Assembly: GCF_006345805.1 (NCBI RefSeq)
Contig: NC_042998.1
Coordinates: 52,700,001-52,764,000, forward strand
Direction of reading: 5' to 3'
Source: Octopus sinensis
Lineage: Eukaryota
DNA length: 64,000 bases
The notes beneath the pieces are model-generated. The model saw nothing but the letters and a program-made list of their open reading frames with translations. It searched no databases and was not told the origin of the DNA. Shown here piece after piece: positions 37,536-50,184 of this stretch (its first letter is position 1; every line of letters starts with the position of its first letter). The position numbers and the translations under genes were made by a program.

Positions 37536-38880
37536 AGAAAAGTTTTGAACACACACACTCTCACTCTTCCCACCTTTTTGTATTTCTGTTATTAGCCACC
37601 TTTTGTTAACTCTTTTGTTATCACTCTCCCATTTTCTTCTCTATCCTAATTTCTTGTGGTCGTTTTAGCTTAATTAAGCAGACCATTGAGCAAGTGTTTC
37701 AGTGGGGTGGTCGTTCTTTTTTTTTTAAGATATAGGATATAATATATACAAGCATACATACACATATATATATACATATAGGGAGAATTCACAAAAAAAC
37801 AAAAGATGAAGACAGGTGGTGTAGACAGCAAACAATATATATATATATAAATGTCTGTGTATTTATATATTTTGAATTGATCATATTACAATTGTCCTTT
37901 AAATCCATCTTTAATCATTGGAGTCACGTTTGCGGATTGAATTACCAGGTCTTTTGTTTCTTCATATTACATATTTATATCTTTCGTCTCAAGTTACCCT
38001 TGAGCACTTCTAAGTCTGAACCTCTATACTGTGAGAGAATTTCTAATCAATCTTCTTTCTCAAAACAATTATATATATATATATTATATATATATATATA
38101 ATATATATATATATATACAGAGAGAGAAGAGAGAGCTGAGGGGGAATTGGCTGAAATTTTTAGCAGGTCAAGGAGTCAACAATGTGGGAGATCACTTGGA
38201 AATTTGTCCTCATTTAGACCCTAGATCAATCCTAGCATCCAGCAAACCTACCATCAAAGGAACCCTCTCTTACTGGTTATGGCTTTCACTTTTTAGAAAC
38301 CAGTAGCTAACTACTCTCTCTTTCTCTCCAATACATACACACATGCTTTGAAGTAAAGGTGTAGGAAAATTTCATCCATGAGTAAAATTTCTATGGCATT
38401 TAAATTTGAAGCTGCCTATCTAACTCTCTAAAAACCTAATATGAAAAACAAATTTTTGTAATAAAAATTAAATTTTAAATAGTGGTTTCAGCCTCAAGAC
38501 CAAAACAGTAGTTTAAGATAATTTGCATACCTACATATTGGGAAAAATCAAAGATTCAGCATAAATGCAAACACCTATTACATGTTTTTATGGATTGGCA
38601 TTTTGCTTTTAATACTAAAAATATTCTCCATCCTTGTTCTAGAGTTTCACCACTAATTTCTTTCACTTCCATTTATTGTACAAACTCCAAGTTATATAAT
38701 CACAAAATTATATGGCTCTAAAATATGACAAATCTGAAGGAATAAATTGTAAAGCCTTAGCAAGCCATTATTCGAATTCCACAGTTGAAACCATTTTCTT
38801 GCCACCTTGGGAAAGTCATGAAATCACAACTCCAAATTTCTTTGAAATTTTAAATATGGGGGTCATGTATTTCTTTGAGT

Positions 38881-39225
38881 GAAGGTGCATGATTCAGTGG
38901 TTAGAATGTCGGGCTCACAATTATGATGTTGTCACTTCAATTCTCAGACCGGGCTGTGTACTGTGTGCTTGAGCAAGACACTTTATTTCATGTTGCTCCA
39001 GTTCACTCAGCTGTAGATATGAGTTATGATGTCACTGGTGCCAAGCTGTATCGGCCTTTCCCTTGGATAACATCAGTGACATGGAAAAGGGAGGTTGGTA
39101 TGCATGGGCGACTGCTGGTCTTCCATAAACAACCTTACCTGGACTTGTGCCTTGGAGGGGAACTTTCTGGGTGCAATCCTGTGGGTGTTCATGACTGAAA
39201 GGGGATTTTATCTGTTATCCTTTAT
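38881..39225 (+). mobile_element. SINE family C, tail type 1
   Basis: GAAGGTGCATG..AGTGGTTAGA...GTCACTGGTGCCAAGCTGTATCGG. Confidence 0.85.
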
Positions 39226-41690
39226 ATCTTTGAGAAATGTGAAATTGTCATCTTGATCCTTGAAAGCCGTTAACAAAGTTGACTCTTTTCCAAGTATTTG
39301 AATTACATAGCTGATTTCATCAGCTCCCATTTTCACTTTTTTCTTTCTGTAAACAGACATTGACCTGTAGATATTCTGGCAGGGGCATTAGTAACATAAT
39401 TCTCATTAGCCAAGGAGAACAGTTGCCTGTTCAATTTCATAAAAATAAGTAGCACAAAATTTTCAGTAAGTAGTCAGTTGAAATGAAGGTACATGCCATG
39501 GTGGTTAGGGTGTTGGACTCATGATTGTAAGATTGTGGTTTCAACTCCTGGACCGGATGGCACATTGCGTTCATGAACAAAACACTTCATTTCATATTGC
39601 TCCACTCCTCTTAGCTCGCAAAAATGAATAATCTCACAACTGACCAGTGCCCCATCCAAGTGGGGAATATGTACATCATGGAAACCAGAAAACTGGCTCC
39701 ATGAGTCTATATGACTCAGGAAGGAACTTAGACTTTAAGTCAATTTAGATAGAAATTAGCCTAAGACTTTAAAAAATTATGCTAATTAGCATAGTAGGTT
39801 TCTTTGGTGTGGGTTTTTATCTGTTGTCGGTTTTTTTGTTTGTTTTTATAATGATAGGGGATGTGCAGGTGGGGGAGTCTCTGAAAGTAAAAAGTGATAT
39901 GAAGATAATAGTGCAGTGACTATGAAGGCACAGGTGTAACTTTGGGGAAATGTCTTCTACTATAGCCTTAGGCTGACCAAAGTCTTGTGAGTGGATTTAG
40001 TAGACAGAAACAGAAAAAATTCCAATTGTGTGCATGTGTTTGCTTGACAAACGGTGTTGGTTTGTTTATGTCACCATAACTTAGTGATTTGGCGAAAAAG
40101 ACTAATAGAATAAGTACCAGGTTTGAAAAAAAGTATTCATTTAACTAAAAAACTCTTCAAGGTAGTGCCCCAGCATGGCCGCAGTCTAATGACTGAAACA
40201 AGTAAACACGGAAATGATTATCTACAGGTCAGTTCTGATTAACTTACTTTATTAATTTAACCTGAAATTTAACAGAATTCTTTCTTTCAAAAATTAAGAC
40301 TTTAAAGTAGCAACTAACTCAAAAAAAAGTAGCAAGCTGTCCTATAAAGTAATCAAGTATTCAACATTTTGTAGCCCAGTCCAGATATTCTACCTGGATG
40401 GGCCTGTAAAGGTCACAAGCACTATTATTGCTTACCTGTGTAACTTATTTAAAGAGGAAAAAAAAAAAAAAAAAAGATAGAAGTTGTGTATGCTACCATC
40501 AAAATCACATAACGACGATTTTGCTTGGCAGTAAGGAATTCCTTCCTAAATCTCAGTTCATTCATTCTCCATTCCTGTTCTATTGTTTTCAGGTGTGTGT
40601 GTTCGCTTTACTATCCATTTAATAGGTAAGTGTTATTGTGAGCGACGAATGCCATCACAACTGTTTCCCACGACCACTAATGCTTCAAACCTGTGTAAGA
40701 CACAACTGTGAATACAGGTGTTTGGCAAGTTGAAAAGTTCTTCGTAATTCAGAATGTAAACAAGACTGTGTGAAAGAAGTTTTTTTCTTTCTTTATTTTG
40801 TTGTTGTTATTGTTGGGGCTGCTTTTATTTTTCTTTCATGTTAAAGAGGGGAGAAAAAAATTTTTACAGTTAAGAATAAAGAAAAAATAGATGCAAAAGA
40901 AAGGACTGCGAAAAAAAGTGTATAAGGGGGGAAGAAAGAGAGGTAAGTAATAAGGCAACTCAATGAATGAAAGTGAGAAAAGAAAAGAAAAGAAACTAAT
41001 GTTATGAAAATTACAAAAGATAAGTTCTATCCTTTGATGAATAGATAATATGCAAAAGAAAGAAAGGGGGGAAAAAAAACAAAATAGATGAGAGTAAAAA
41101 ATGAAAAAAAAAAAAAGAAAAAATTAAGCAATGTAAAAAAATTGAAGACAAGATCATGTGATATTTATATAATTTAAAAATATAGAAATTCTCTTCTCTC
41201 ATGCTGGTAACATAATTAGATTAAATGACTTAACGTCTGAGATGAGTTGTTAATAAGATTATTAATTTTTTTTTCCAGGCTTTTAACCTTGTCTTTGGAG
41301 TATATTCTCAATGCAATGGAGCTTATGTAAGTATATGCATGTATCAAAAACACTGTCAGCCATCTTTTCACCACCTATTACATCTTCACCAGTAAGCTAT
41401 ACCTCACATCACCACCTACATCAACCACCACACTTAAGTCATGAATTTAGAAAGTATAAAGCAAATGAATTTGTTTTCTAGCAGATGTCTGCTTTCCTTC
41501 TGTATCATCGCCTAACAATATTTTCCTATATGTAAGGTGAGAGAGGTCCCAGAACTTTTGTTTTTTTGTATTATAGACTTGTTCCATATAAGACAACTTT
41601 CCCACAGACTGGAAGATCTTACACAATACAAAACATAATAAAGAAGACCACCACCACCACCACCACCACCATCATCATCCTCATCTAATG

Positions 41691-42037
41691 GCATAAGAGT
41701 GGCTGTGTGGTATGTAGTTTGCTTATGAACCACATGGTTCCGGGTTCAGTCCCACTGCGTGGTACATTGGGCAAGTGTCTTCTACTATAGCCTCGGGCTG
41801 ACCAAAGCCTAGTGAGTGGATTTGGTAGATGGAAACTGAAAAAAGCCCGTTGTATATATGTATGTATGTATGTGTGTATATGTTTGTGTCTGTGTTTGTC
41901 CCCCCCCCTAATATCGCTTGACAATCGATGCTGGTGTGTTTACGTCCCTGTAACTTAGCAGTTCAGCAAAAGAGACCAATAGAATAAGTACTAGGCTTCC
42001 AAAGAATAAGTACTGGGGTTGATTTGCTCAACTAAAG
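41691..42037 (+). mobile_element. SINE family A
   Basis: Full-length copy. Confidence 0.9.
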
Positions 42038-43570
42038 GCGGTGCTCCAACATGGCCACAGTCTAGTGACTGAAACAAGTAAAAGAGTAAAAGAGTAATGT
42101 CAGTTTTCCATGCTGGCTTGGGCTAGATGGTTTCACTGGAGTTGTTAAGCTGCTGGAGAGCTGCATCAGGCTTCAGTCATCTGTTTTGGTTTGGTTTCCA
42201 CAGCTTGATGCTCTTCCTAATGCCAACCACTTTACAGAATGAACTGGGAGCCTTTTCCGTGTCACCGGCATGGGTACTTTTTATGTCTCACCAGTGAGTG
42301 CTTTTACATTTCACCGGCATGGGTACTTTTTATGTCTCACCAGTGAGTGCTTTTACATTTCACCGGCACTGGCCATAATCTTGATCATGATTTTACTTAG
42401 TGCACAATATATAATTTAATTATTACACATATAGTGTAAATATGATTATTACATTGTATATTATGATTGTTATTTCTACAATTATTTACATTGTAGACTA
42501 CGATAGTCAATAAAATTGGAATGATATTAAAAAATTTATCCATTCATTGTAGCAGAGTACTGGTATGTGTCTTGGTGGCGGGGGAAGAGACATGAACAAA
42601 CCAACACCATGCAAACAAATAAATACATATATAAACAAATAAAAAGCAGCCAAATTTCTCTCAAATCACATCTTGAATTAGTAAAGGATATGTTGAAAAA
42701 AATTGTCCTAGAAAAATACACGTAAAAGACAAGACACATAGGCAGATGGATGTACAGATAGGCAGATAATAAACAGATCATCTTTCTGTCCAACCATCTG
42801 TCTGCCTGCTCATCTGTATGCTTGCCTGTCTGTCTGATGCTGCTTGTATAACAATAATGCTCATTTACAACTGTTGTATGATGTCAAGATAAGACAGAAA
42901 TGCACCCATCAACACCTATGAACACACACACATACATACATTATGGGCTTCTTTCAGTTTCTATTTACCAAATCCACTGACAAGGCACCTGCTCAAATTG
43001 TCATGCAGTGGGACTGAACCTGGACCCATGTGGCTGAGAAGCAAACTTTCTTACCATAGAACCATGCCTATATATACATATATATACATACATGCATACT
43101 CATATACACACATATACACAATGGGCTTCTTACAGTTTCCATTTATCAAATCCACTTACAAGAATTTGTTTGGCTCTGTGCTATAGCAGAAGACACTTGA
43201 CCAAGATGCCATGCAGTGAGACTGAACCTGAAACTATGTGGTTAGGAAGTGAACCCCTTCACCACTAGCCAGGGCCATGATGTGATTACAACATATTAGA
43301 CATGTGTATGAACCGAAAGGAGTGGAGAAACGTGTATAACCTTAAATACATTCCAGAAACAGGCTTATGTATTTTGAAATATCACCAGTCACACCATCAG
43401 ACATGCATAAATCCATATATATTCTCACATATACAAAGGAACATTTTCTGAAGTCTTTAGAAATGTTTTGAAATCCTTGGGTGATATAATCCTCTATGAT
43501 TCTCATGAAATTGCTGTAATAAAATTGGTGATGACACTTAGGGTAACAATCAATGGGAAAATGTCAGAAA

Positions 43571-44124
43571 TGTTGCTGGTATAGCTTTAATTAAGCAGTA
43601 TTCAAAAAACTCAACGGAGAACCAGAGTGTGTTGGTGAAAGATTTATTTAGCTGCATTACATTTTGTTAAACACATGAGAGCGAGAGCTGTCGGTCAACT
43701 TGGTCAACTTGTGCTTCATAGAAGTTCACTCCATTGCAGACCAGCTCCCTAGCTAACCTGCAGTGAAATTCCTGTCTACAGTTTGTTCAACATAAATCAT
43801 TGGGCAGTGCCCTACATATAGCTCCCCACCAGAACTGTTGACTGTCATTGGAACTGGGAAATTGATTTCTGTGACACCAAAAACACACTTAGTAAGGTTG
43901 ATTACTAGACTGAACTGTTCCAATCTATCACAAAGGGTCACTAAGTGCTTCTTGTGTAGCTCTGCCCAAAACATATGAGGACTAGAGCCATCAGTCAACT
44001 CAGGCTTTGTAGAAGTCCTGCCTAGTTGGAAGTCCACCTCACTGCAGACCAGCAACCCAACTAGCCCAAAGTGAAGTTCCTGTCAACAGTTTGTCCATCA
44101 AAAATCCTTGGGTAGTACCCTACA
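43571..44124 (-). mobile_element. Internally deleted Ty3/Gypsy LTR retrotransposon remnant
   Basis: Two similar direct repeats both start TGTAGGG on the minus strand (44124 and 43816). A polypurine-like tract CTGGTGGGGAGCTATA (43817-43832) abuts the left LTR. RT fragment ELHKKHLVTLCDRLEQFSLVINLTKCVFGVTEINF lies at ~43858-43962. The left boundary is uncertain. Confidence 0.8.
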
Positions 44125-44577
44125 CTAATGAATTTTTTTTTAAATATAAAAACTAACACAGAAATATGCATGTATGTATGTATGCATGCATGCATGTATG
44201 TAGGTATGCATACATGCATACTTTGGGTGTAGTCCTATTGTGCAGCATGCTGCACAAGTATCTCCTGCAGTAGTCTGAAGCTAACCAATGTCCTGTCTAT
44301 ATACATGCAATTGCTTTATGGTATAACATATTACACTATCGTCCTTGTGGTAAGTCAAATTTAAAACCCCTAAATCTTTCTGTGTCAATAGCTGTTTAGA
44401 TCCCAAATGGGGGACATGCTACAAGTTACCGGTTTTGACTAGATTCATAAAATGTCTTTATCAGAATCAATACTGAGATAAGCCAGTGAAAGTACAGCTA
44501 TGTTAGAAACAACAGCTGAATCTCCCTCAGAACATAGATACAATAGACAATGTTGTTTCTGATATACAAAATATATA

Positions 44578-44979
44578 GTATTCTTTTACTTGTTTCAGTC
44601 AGTTGGCTGTGGCCATGCTGGAACACTAATTTCTAGTTTTTTTTAGTCGGACAAGTTGATCTCAGAACTTTTTTTTTTAAGCTTAGTACTTATTTTATCG
44701 GTTTCTTTTGTTGAACTGCTAAGTTTAGGGGACTTAAATACACCAACACCAGATGTCAAGTGGTGATAGTGGGACAAACACACATAGATATATACACACA
44801 TATATATCATGTGACCGACCAGACCATCAGATTTTGCTACACATCGCTGGTCACAATGCGTTCGCATTGTTTTAGCCTTCGAATGACACTACCCCACTGG
44901 CTAAGCGAGCAGGCCAACAAAAGAAAGAGTGAGAGAAAGAGTGGTGAAAGAGCACTGCAGGGATCACCACCCCCTGCCA

Positions 44980-45025
<46 letters not shown>

Positions 45026-45175
45026 AGCTTTCAGTTTCTGTCTACCAAATCCACCCACAAGTATTTGGTTGGACTGAGACTATAGTAGAAAATATTTGCC
45101 CGATATGCCATGCAGTGGGACTGAACCTGGAACCATGTGGTTGCGAAGCAGGCTTCTTACCACACAGACATACCT
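44578..45175 (-). mobile_element. SINE family A interrupted by another SINE fragment (44785-44980)
   Basis: 3' half 44578-44770 and 5' half 45020-45175. Confidence 0.8.
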
Positions 45176-45377
45176 GCAGATATGAATATGACTGGAATAC
45201 TTTTGATCAAAGACCTACTCAATGAAGGCTGACCTTCATTGAGTGTTAAACAATAACAGCATTTTGATCAGTCATCTGTTAATCACACTCTTTCACTGTA
45301 TTTATGTTTGAAGTTGATATTTCAATTCATCAAGTCTTATATAATATTAATGTATAAATGTTTACATATATGTATTT

Positions 45378-45430
<53 letters not shown>

Positions 45431-45437
45431 TATATTT

Positions 45438-45477
<40 letters not shown>

Positions 45478-46345
45478 TATATACACACACACACATATAT
45501 GTATGAGGTATCATTACACTTCATGCTTGTATACACTCAGAGAGAAGTATAAAAATATAAAAGAATATTTGAGTAGTTGTGTATTGTATGTTTCGATGTT
45601 TTCTGTTTTGAAAGGCATGTGTGGTGTGGTGTGGTGTGGTGTGTATATTTGCTCTTGGTTTTGTGTGTATATGTGTGTGTGTGTGTATTGTCCAATAAGT
45701 TATAATATACGTGTAGGTGTGTATGCATGTGTGTGTGCGCATGTGTTTGTACAAGTAAACCTCCACACACACACATGCACACAATATATACATGGCGTAC
45801 TGTTTGTTACATATGGCATATCCCAGAGACGTTTAAATCTAGTAGAGTCCATCCCTCTGTGCATTTGATCACAGCTGATTTCAGATGGAAAGAAAGATTG
45901 AGATAAAGTATGGAGCCAAGAATCAATCTGGTATTTTATTTACTGAGCTTGAAAGGACAAAATACAAATTGATCTTGGTAGGATTTGAACTCAGAGCACA
46001 GAGTGTTAGAATAATTACCACAATCTATCTGGCATTAACGACTCTACCAATTGTACACCTTGAAATATAAAAGTTAATTTTTATAGCATTTGAATGCAGA
46101 ACATAAAATGTCAGAATAAATACCACAAGGTATTTTGTCAACACTTAGAATTCTGCCAAATCAACCACTCACACACACACACACACACATGCACACACAC
46201 ATACTCACAGATTTACACATAGACACTCACACACATAGACACAGACACTCACATGCACACACACACACACCTCACACACATATACATGTACACATACCCA
46301 TCAACATATATTGACACACAAGCATACATTATACATACATAAAAT

Positions 46346-46387
<42 letters not shown>

Positions 46388-46746
46388 GATACCCACACAC
46401 ATACATACATAGAGCCATATATATACATGTTTACATGCATAAGTATGAGTGTACTGTATCTGTTTATACCTCCAATTATCAGTGTATCAACCTGCATAGT
46501 CTTCAAATGCATGCATATATGAGCAAGTTCAATGTTAACAGTGTGTAAAAACCATAAAACCATATACATACAAAGCTATGTTTTAGACCTAATAATAGTT
46601 TATTTTCAGCTTTTTTCCAAGAAATGATGAGCAAGTGTAATATAACATAAGAATAAATATAAGTATCAAATTGCTTCAACGAGGCCTGCTGCTGCCAATC
46701 TAAGCTTGCTGCAGCAGTGAAAGGAACATAAAGAGACATGTCTTAC

Positions 46747-46884
46747 CATTCCACGTTCATCCATATCAGCCAACATAACTATCACTCTTGCTTGTTGTTC
46801 CCATACCATTCTCCAAAAATCTGCAACTGTACATTCCAAAGGGGCTTGAGTTGCGATGTAAGCTCTTCTTTCCTCATTTGGACC
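46747..46884 (-). CDS. Internal coding exon of a classical protein tyrosine phosphatase (PTP domain, probably receptor-type)
   Basis: Minus strand reads ...tttctacag|GGTCCA...GGAATG|gtaaga. The 138 nt are phase 0/0 and translate to [46 protein letters not shown], matching the conserved PTP motifs [16 protein letters not shown] and IVM. The paralog cannot be named. Confidence 0.95.
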
Positions 46885-46999
46885 CTGTAGAAATAATAGT
46901 TAACATGATACATTGAAATTACAGATAAATTATGTAGGTTAATGTAAATGAGAAAACATTGACATGATTAAGTGCATAGATAAAGCTTTTTCTCTTTTG

Positions 47000-47135
47000 T
47001 TGTGGATGGAAGTTGTGGAAGAGGGAGGCCCAGAAAGATTTAGGACGAAGTACTGAAAGCCAATCTCAAAATGCTGAACCTTACAAACGAGATAACAAAG
47101 TACCGAGATATGTGGCGCATTGAGATCCTAAAACC
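47000..47135 (+). mobile_element. RTE-clade LINE 3' end (degenerate)
   Basis: RGRPRK..DEVLKANLKMLNLTNEITKYRDMWR-like translation. Confidence 0.65.
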
Positions 47136-48338
47136 AAGGTGTCACATAAAAAACATTGGTGTGGGTGCTGGTGCCATGTAAAAAGTACTGGTGCCACATA
47201 AAAAGCACCTAGTACTCTCTGTAAAGTGGTTGGTGTCAAGAAGGCATCCAACCATAGAAACCAAGTGAAGACAGACTATGGAACCTGGTGTGACCCCCAG
47301 CCATGCCATATCCTGCCAAGCCCTCCAACCCATGCCAGCATGGAAAAAAGATGTTAAATGTTGTTGATGAATATGATAATTATGAGGTGTTAACAGTTTA
47401 TGAGTTTTAGAGAAGATGAGAATGTTAACATGTACGTTCTTTATCAGTAACATTAACAAGCTATGAGAAATTAATAAGTGTCTGTTGGGAATTAACGCTA
47501 CAAGTTGGATATATTGCATTCATTAAATTTCTGAAATGAGAAATTATTGTTATTATGTACCGATATATCTGGTTGCTATAGTCACAGTACAAAAGGTCTT
47601 ATTCTTGCAAGTCAGGATTGGGTCTAATTCAAAGAATTATAATACACTAGACTGCTATCCAGGCAATATAGTCTGTACATCAGAATGTACATAACACATC
47701 AAGAGTCTGGAACTACCATGGGGAACATCATGGTAAGAAAACTCCTCACTTCACATTCCAGGAGACCACTATTTATAAGCAGAGCCAGGTTCTGTTATGC
47801 ACAGTTAACAGTCTTAAAAGGGAGATAACACTCTACCTATGAAGAATAACAGAACATGCTAGAATATCACATAGCAGTTTGGCTGTTGTATCCTCTGGCC
47901 TTCTTCAGTTCTGTTGGTTGTATTTAGCAATGTTCTCAGAATATGGAAGAAAACCCTCTATTTAATTCAATAGAGTAGATTTTTCTCAATCCAAATTCTA
48001 TGCCAGGGATGTTCTTGCATAAGACAACGAGGCAGAGAATATAAGCATTGATTAAGTACTAAATGAGGTAGTGGACAAGAGTGCAATCTCTCGGTTAGTC
48101 AAGCTATGTATATACTGAAGCATAACAATGTAATGACATCACAACTAGGAGGATAACCAATAAAGAGAATATCACTGGTATAGACAATGGAATAAGATCA
48201 ACCCAACCCCTCAAAATTAATACAGGGTTCTATTCCAAATTCTGAGAACATTACCAAATAGTAACAGCCCAAATGTTGCTACTATAACAACCATGATACC
48301 AACATCAGAACATTAGTCTGAATATATTGGTATATGAA

Positions 48339-48568
48339 GGCGGCGAGCTGGTAGAATCGTTAGCACACCGGGCGAAATGCATAGCCGTATTTCGTCTGCC
48401 GTTACGTTCTGGGTTCAAATTCCGCCGAGGTCGACTTTGCCTTTCATCCTTTCGGGGTCGATAAATTAAGTACCAGTTATGCACTGGGGTCGATGTAATC
48501 GACTTAATCCCTTTGTCTGTCCTTGTTTGTCCCCTCTATGTTTTGCCCCTTGTGGGTAATAAAGAAAT
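48339..48568 (+). mobile_element. SINE family B (AAAGAAATA-tail variant) with target-site duplication
   Basis: ATATATTGGTATATGAAGG at 48322-48340 and 48569-48587. Confidence 0.95.
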
Positions 48569-48581
48569 ATATATTGGTATA

Positions 48582-48798
48582 TGAAGGGGTGCTGAAAAGT
48601 TCCTGGCTTTAAGGGTATTGCAGAAGGCCTGGTTGGAGGCCCTACCTTCTGAGTTCTTTTACAGGGCCTAGAAAAACTGAAGAACTCCAACAAAAAGTGT
48701 GTGAGTTTGAGAGAGGAATATGTTGAATAAAGTCATAATTTACTAATCCTCCTGTATTTTCTCTTACCCAAAGCCAGGAACTCTTCAGTACCTTCTCG
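48582..48798. mobile_element. mariner-type MITE
   Basis: TA|TGAAGGGGTGCTGAAAAGTTCCTGGCTTT...AAAGCCAGGAACTCTTCAGTACCTTCTCG|TA: ~29-bp imperfect TIRs with TA duplication. Confidence 0.85.
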
Positions 48799-49171
48799 TA
48801 TAATAATCGTATTATCTTACCCATTACATGATTATTCTCACCTGGATGTCATAAAATATATTTCTAACATCAGAAAACTAGGGTCACAAATCTTAAAGGA
48901 AAGGGTACAGTTCAGAGGACTGACACACTCAATACTGAATAAATGTATTGACATGAGAAAGACAAATGGAAAAGTAGGCCTTGATGGAATTAATTCAACT
49001 CAGAAGATTTTTTAAAAAGCCCACAACTGAATGCTGAAAGTTAATTTACTCTGATATTCTGTTTATTCTGACAATCCATTACCCTTACCAGGAAAGCTTT
49101 ATTGTTGTGGTCCTCTGTTAGTTTTCACTTTCAATATAAAACACTATTTTACTCTACCTCTAGGTAGGCTT

Positions 49172-49578
49172 ATGAATGGCTGTGTGGCAAGTAGCTTGCT
49201 TACGAACCCCATGGTTCCGGGTTCAGTCTCACTGCGTGGCACCTTGGACAAGTGTCTTCTACTATAGCCTCAGGCCGACCAAAGCCTTGTGAGTGGATTT
49301 GGTAGACGGAAACTGAAAGAAGCCCGTCATATATATATATATATGTATGCATGTGTATATGTTTGTGTGTCTGTGTTTGTCCCTCCAACATCGCTTGACA
49401 ACCAATGTTGGTGTGTTTACGCCCCCCCCCCCCGCAACTTAGCGGTTCGGCAAAAGAGACCGATAGAATAAGTACTAGGCTTCCAAATAATAAGTCCTGG
49501 GGTCGATTTGCTTGACTAAATGTGGTACTCCAGCATGGCCACACTCACATAACTGAAACAAGTAAAAGAGTAAAAGAG
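49172..49578 (+). mobile_element. SINE family A
   Basis: Full-length copy. Confidence 0.9.
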
Positions 49579-49674
49579 TGCCTTTGATATTTGTCCATCT
49601 TGCTTTATACCTATGCTTTCATATGAGAGAAAGAGAGATAGATAGATAGTTTATCAGATTTGTTCTATGTACTC

Positions 49675-50184
49675 ATACTCAGTGGTTATCAAAGTTTTTA
49701 ACCACATTGCATTTGTATTTTTTGGATACCCAGATGATGGAAAACGTTCTGTTAAATGGAACCCTAAAAAATGGCTACTCTTCAAGAAAAGACACAATGT
49801 GTTTTGTAGTTTATTGAAACACACTCAGACGTGCAGTTCCAGTGAAACTACAAGATTAAGTATGGAAGACATCCACCATCATGACCATCAATTTGTGCAA
49901 GGCACAAAAAAGTTATGGAAACAGGAACAGTGTCAGATAAAGGGAGGAGTAGACAACCAAAATTATCTGAGGAAAACATCAATCGTGTAAGACAAGCATC
50001 TGCTAGTTCTCCTACAAAGTCCATACATATGGCTGCCAGACAGTTACGGCTACCATGCTCAACAGTGCACAAATTCCTACACCAGAACTTGTGATTGCAC
50101 ACTTACAATGTGCAACTCTTACAGACACTCGAACCAAATGATAAACCAAGATGAAATGAGTTTGCAGTTAACATGCTGAAATGA
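49675..50184 (+). mobile_element. Tc1/mariner-type transposase N-terminal relic (DUF4817-like HTH)
   Basis: From ATG 49771, across frameshifts: MATLQEKTQCVL*FIET...YGRHPPS...METGTVSD...SEENINRVRQA..SSPTKSIHMAARQLRLPCSTVHKFLHQNL*LHTYNVQLLQTLEPND. Confidence 0.8.

Larger units (their letters stand above)
47600..49000 (+). mobile_element. Possible highly degenerate Penelope-like RT N-terminal region, split by a SINE and a MITE
   Basis: Only scattered motifs resembling PLE RT (VVDKSA, P.VA...PT...SEYI, IILT.DV...NI); weak. Confidence 0.3.

Noticed and set aside
40436-40443. 8-nt minus-strand micro-exon candidate (poly-T...AG|TTACACAG|GTAAGC)
   Set aside because: It would frameshift the PTP reading frame and there is no supporting evidence.
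41450-41617. 55-codon minus open frame ending ...TYRKILL...IHLLYTF*
   Set aside because: Only vague likeness to PTP beta-strand segments; it lacks YWP/WPD and ends in a stop without a donor.
42262-42368. Exact 49-bp tandem duplication
   Set aside because: Ordinary expansion of the subrepeats inside an RTE-tail retroposon; not CRISPR-like, as there are no spacers.
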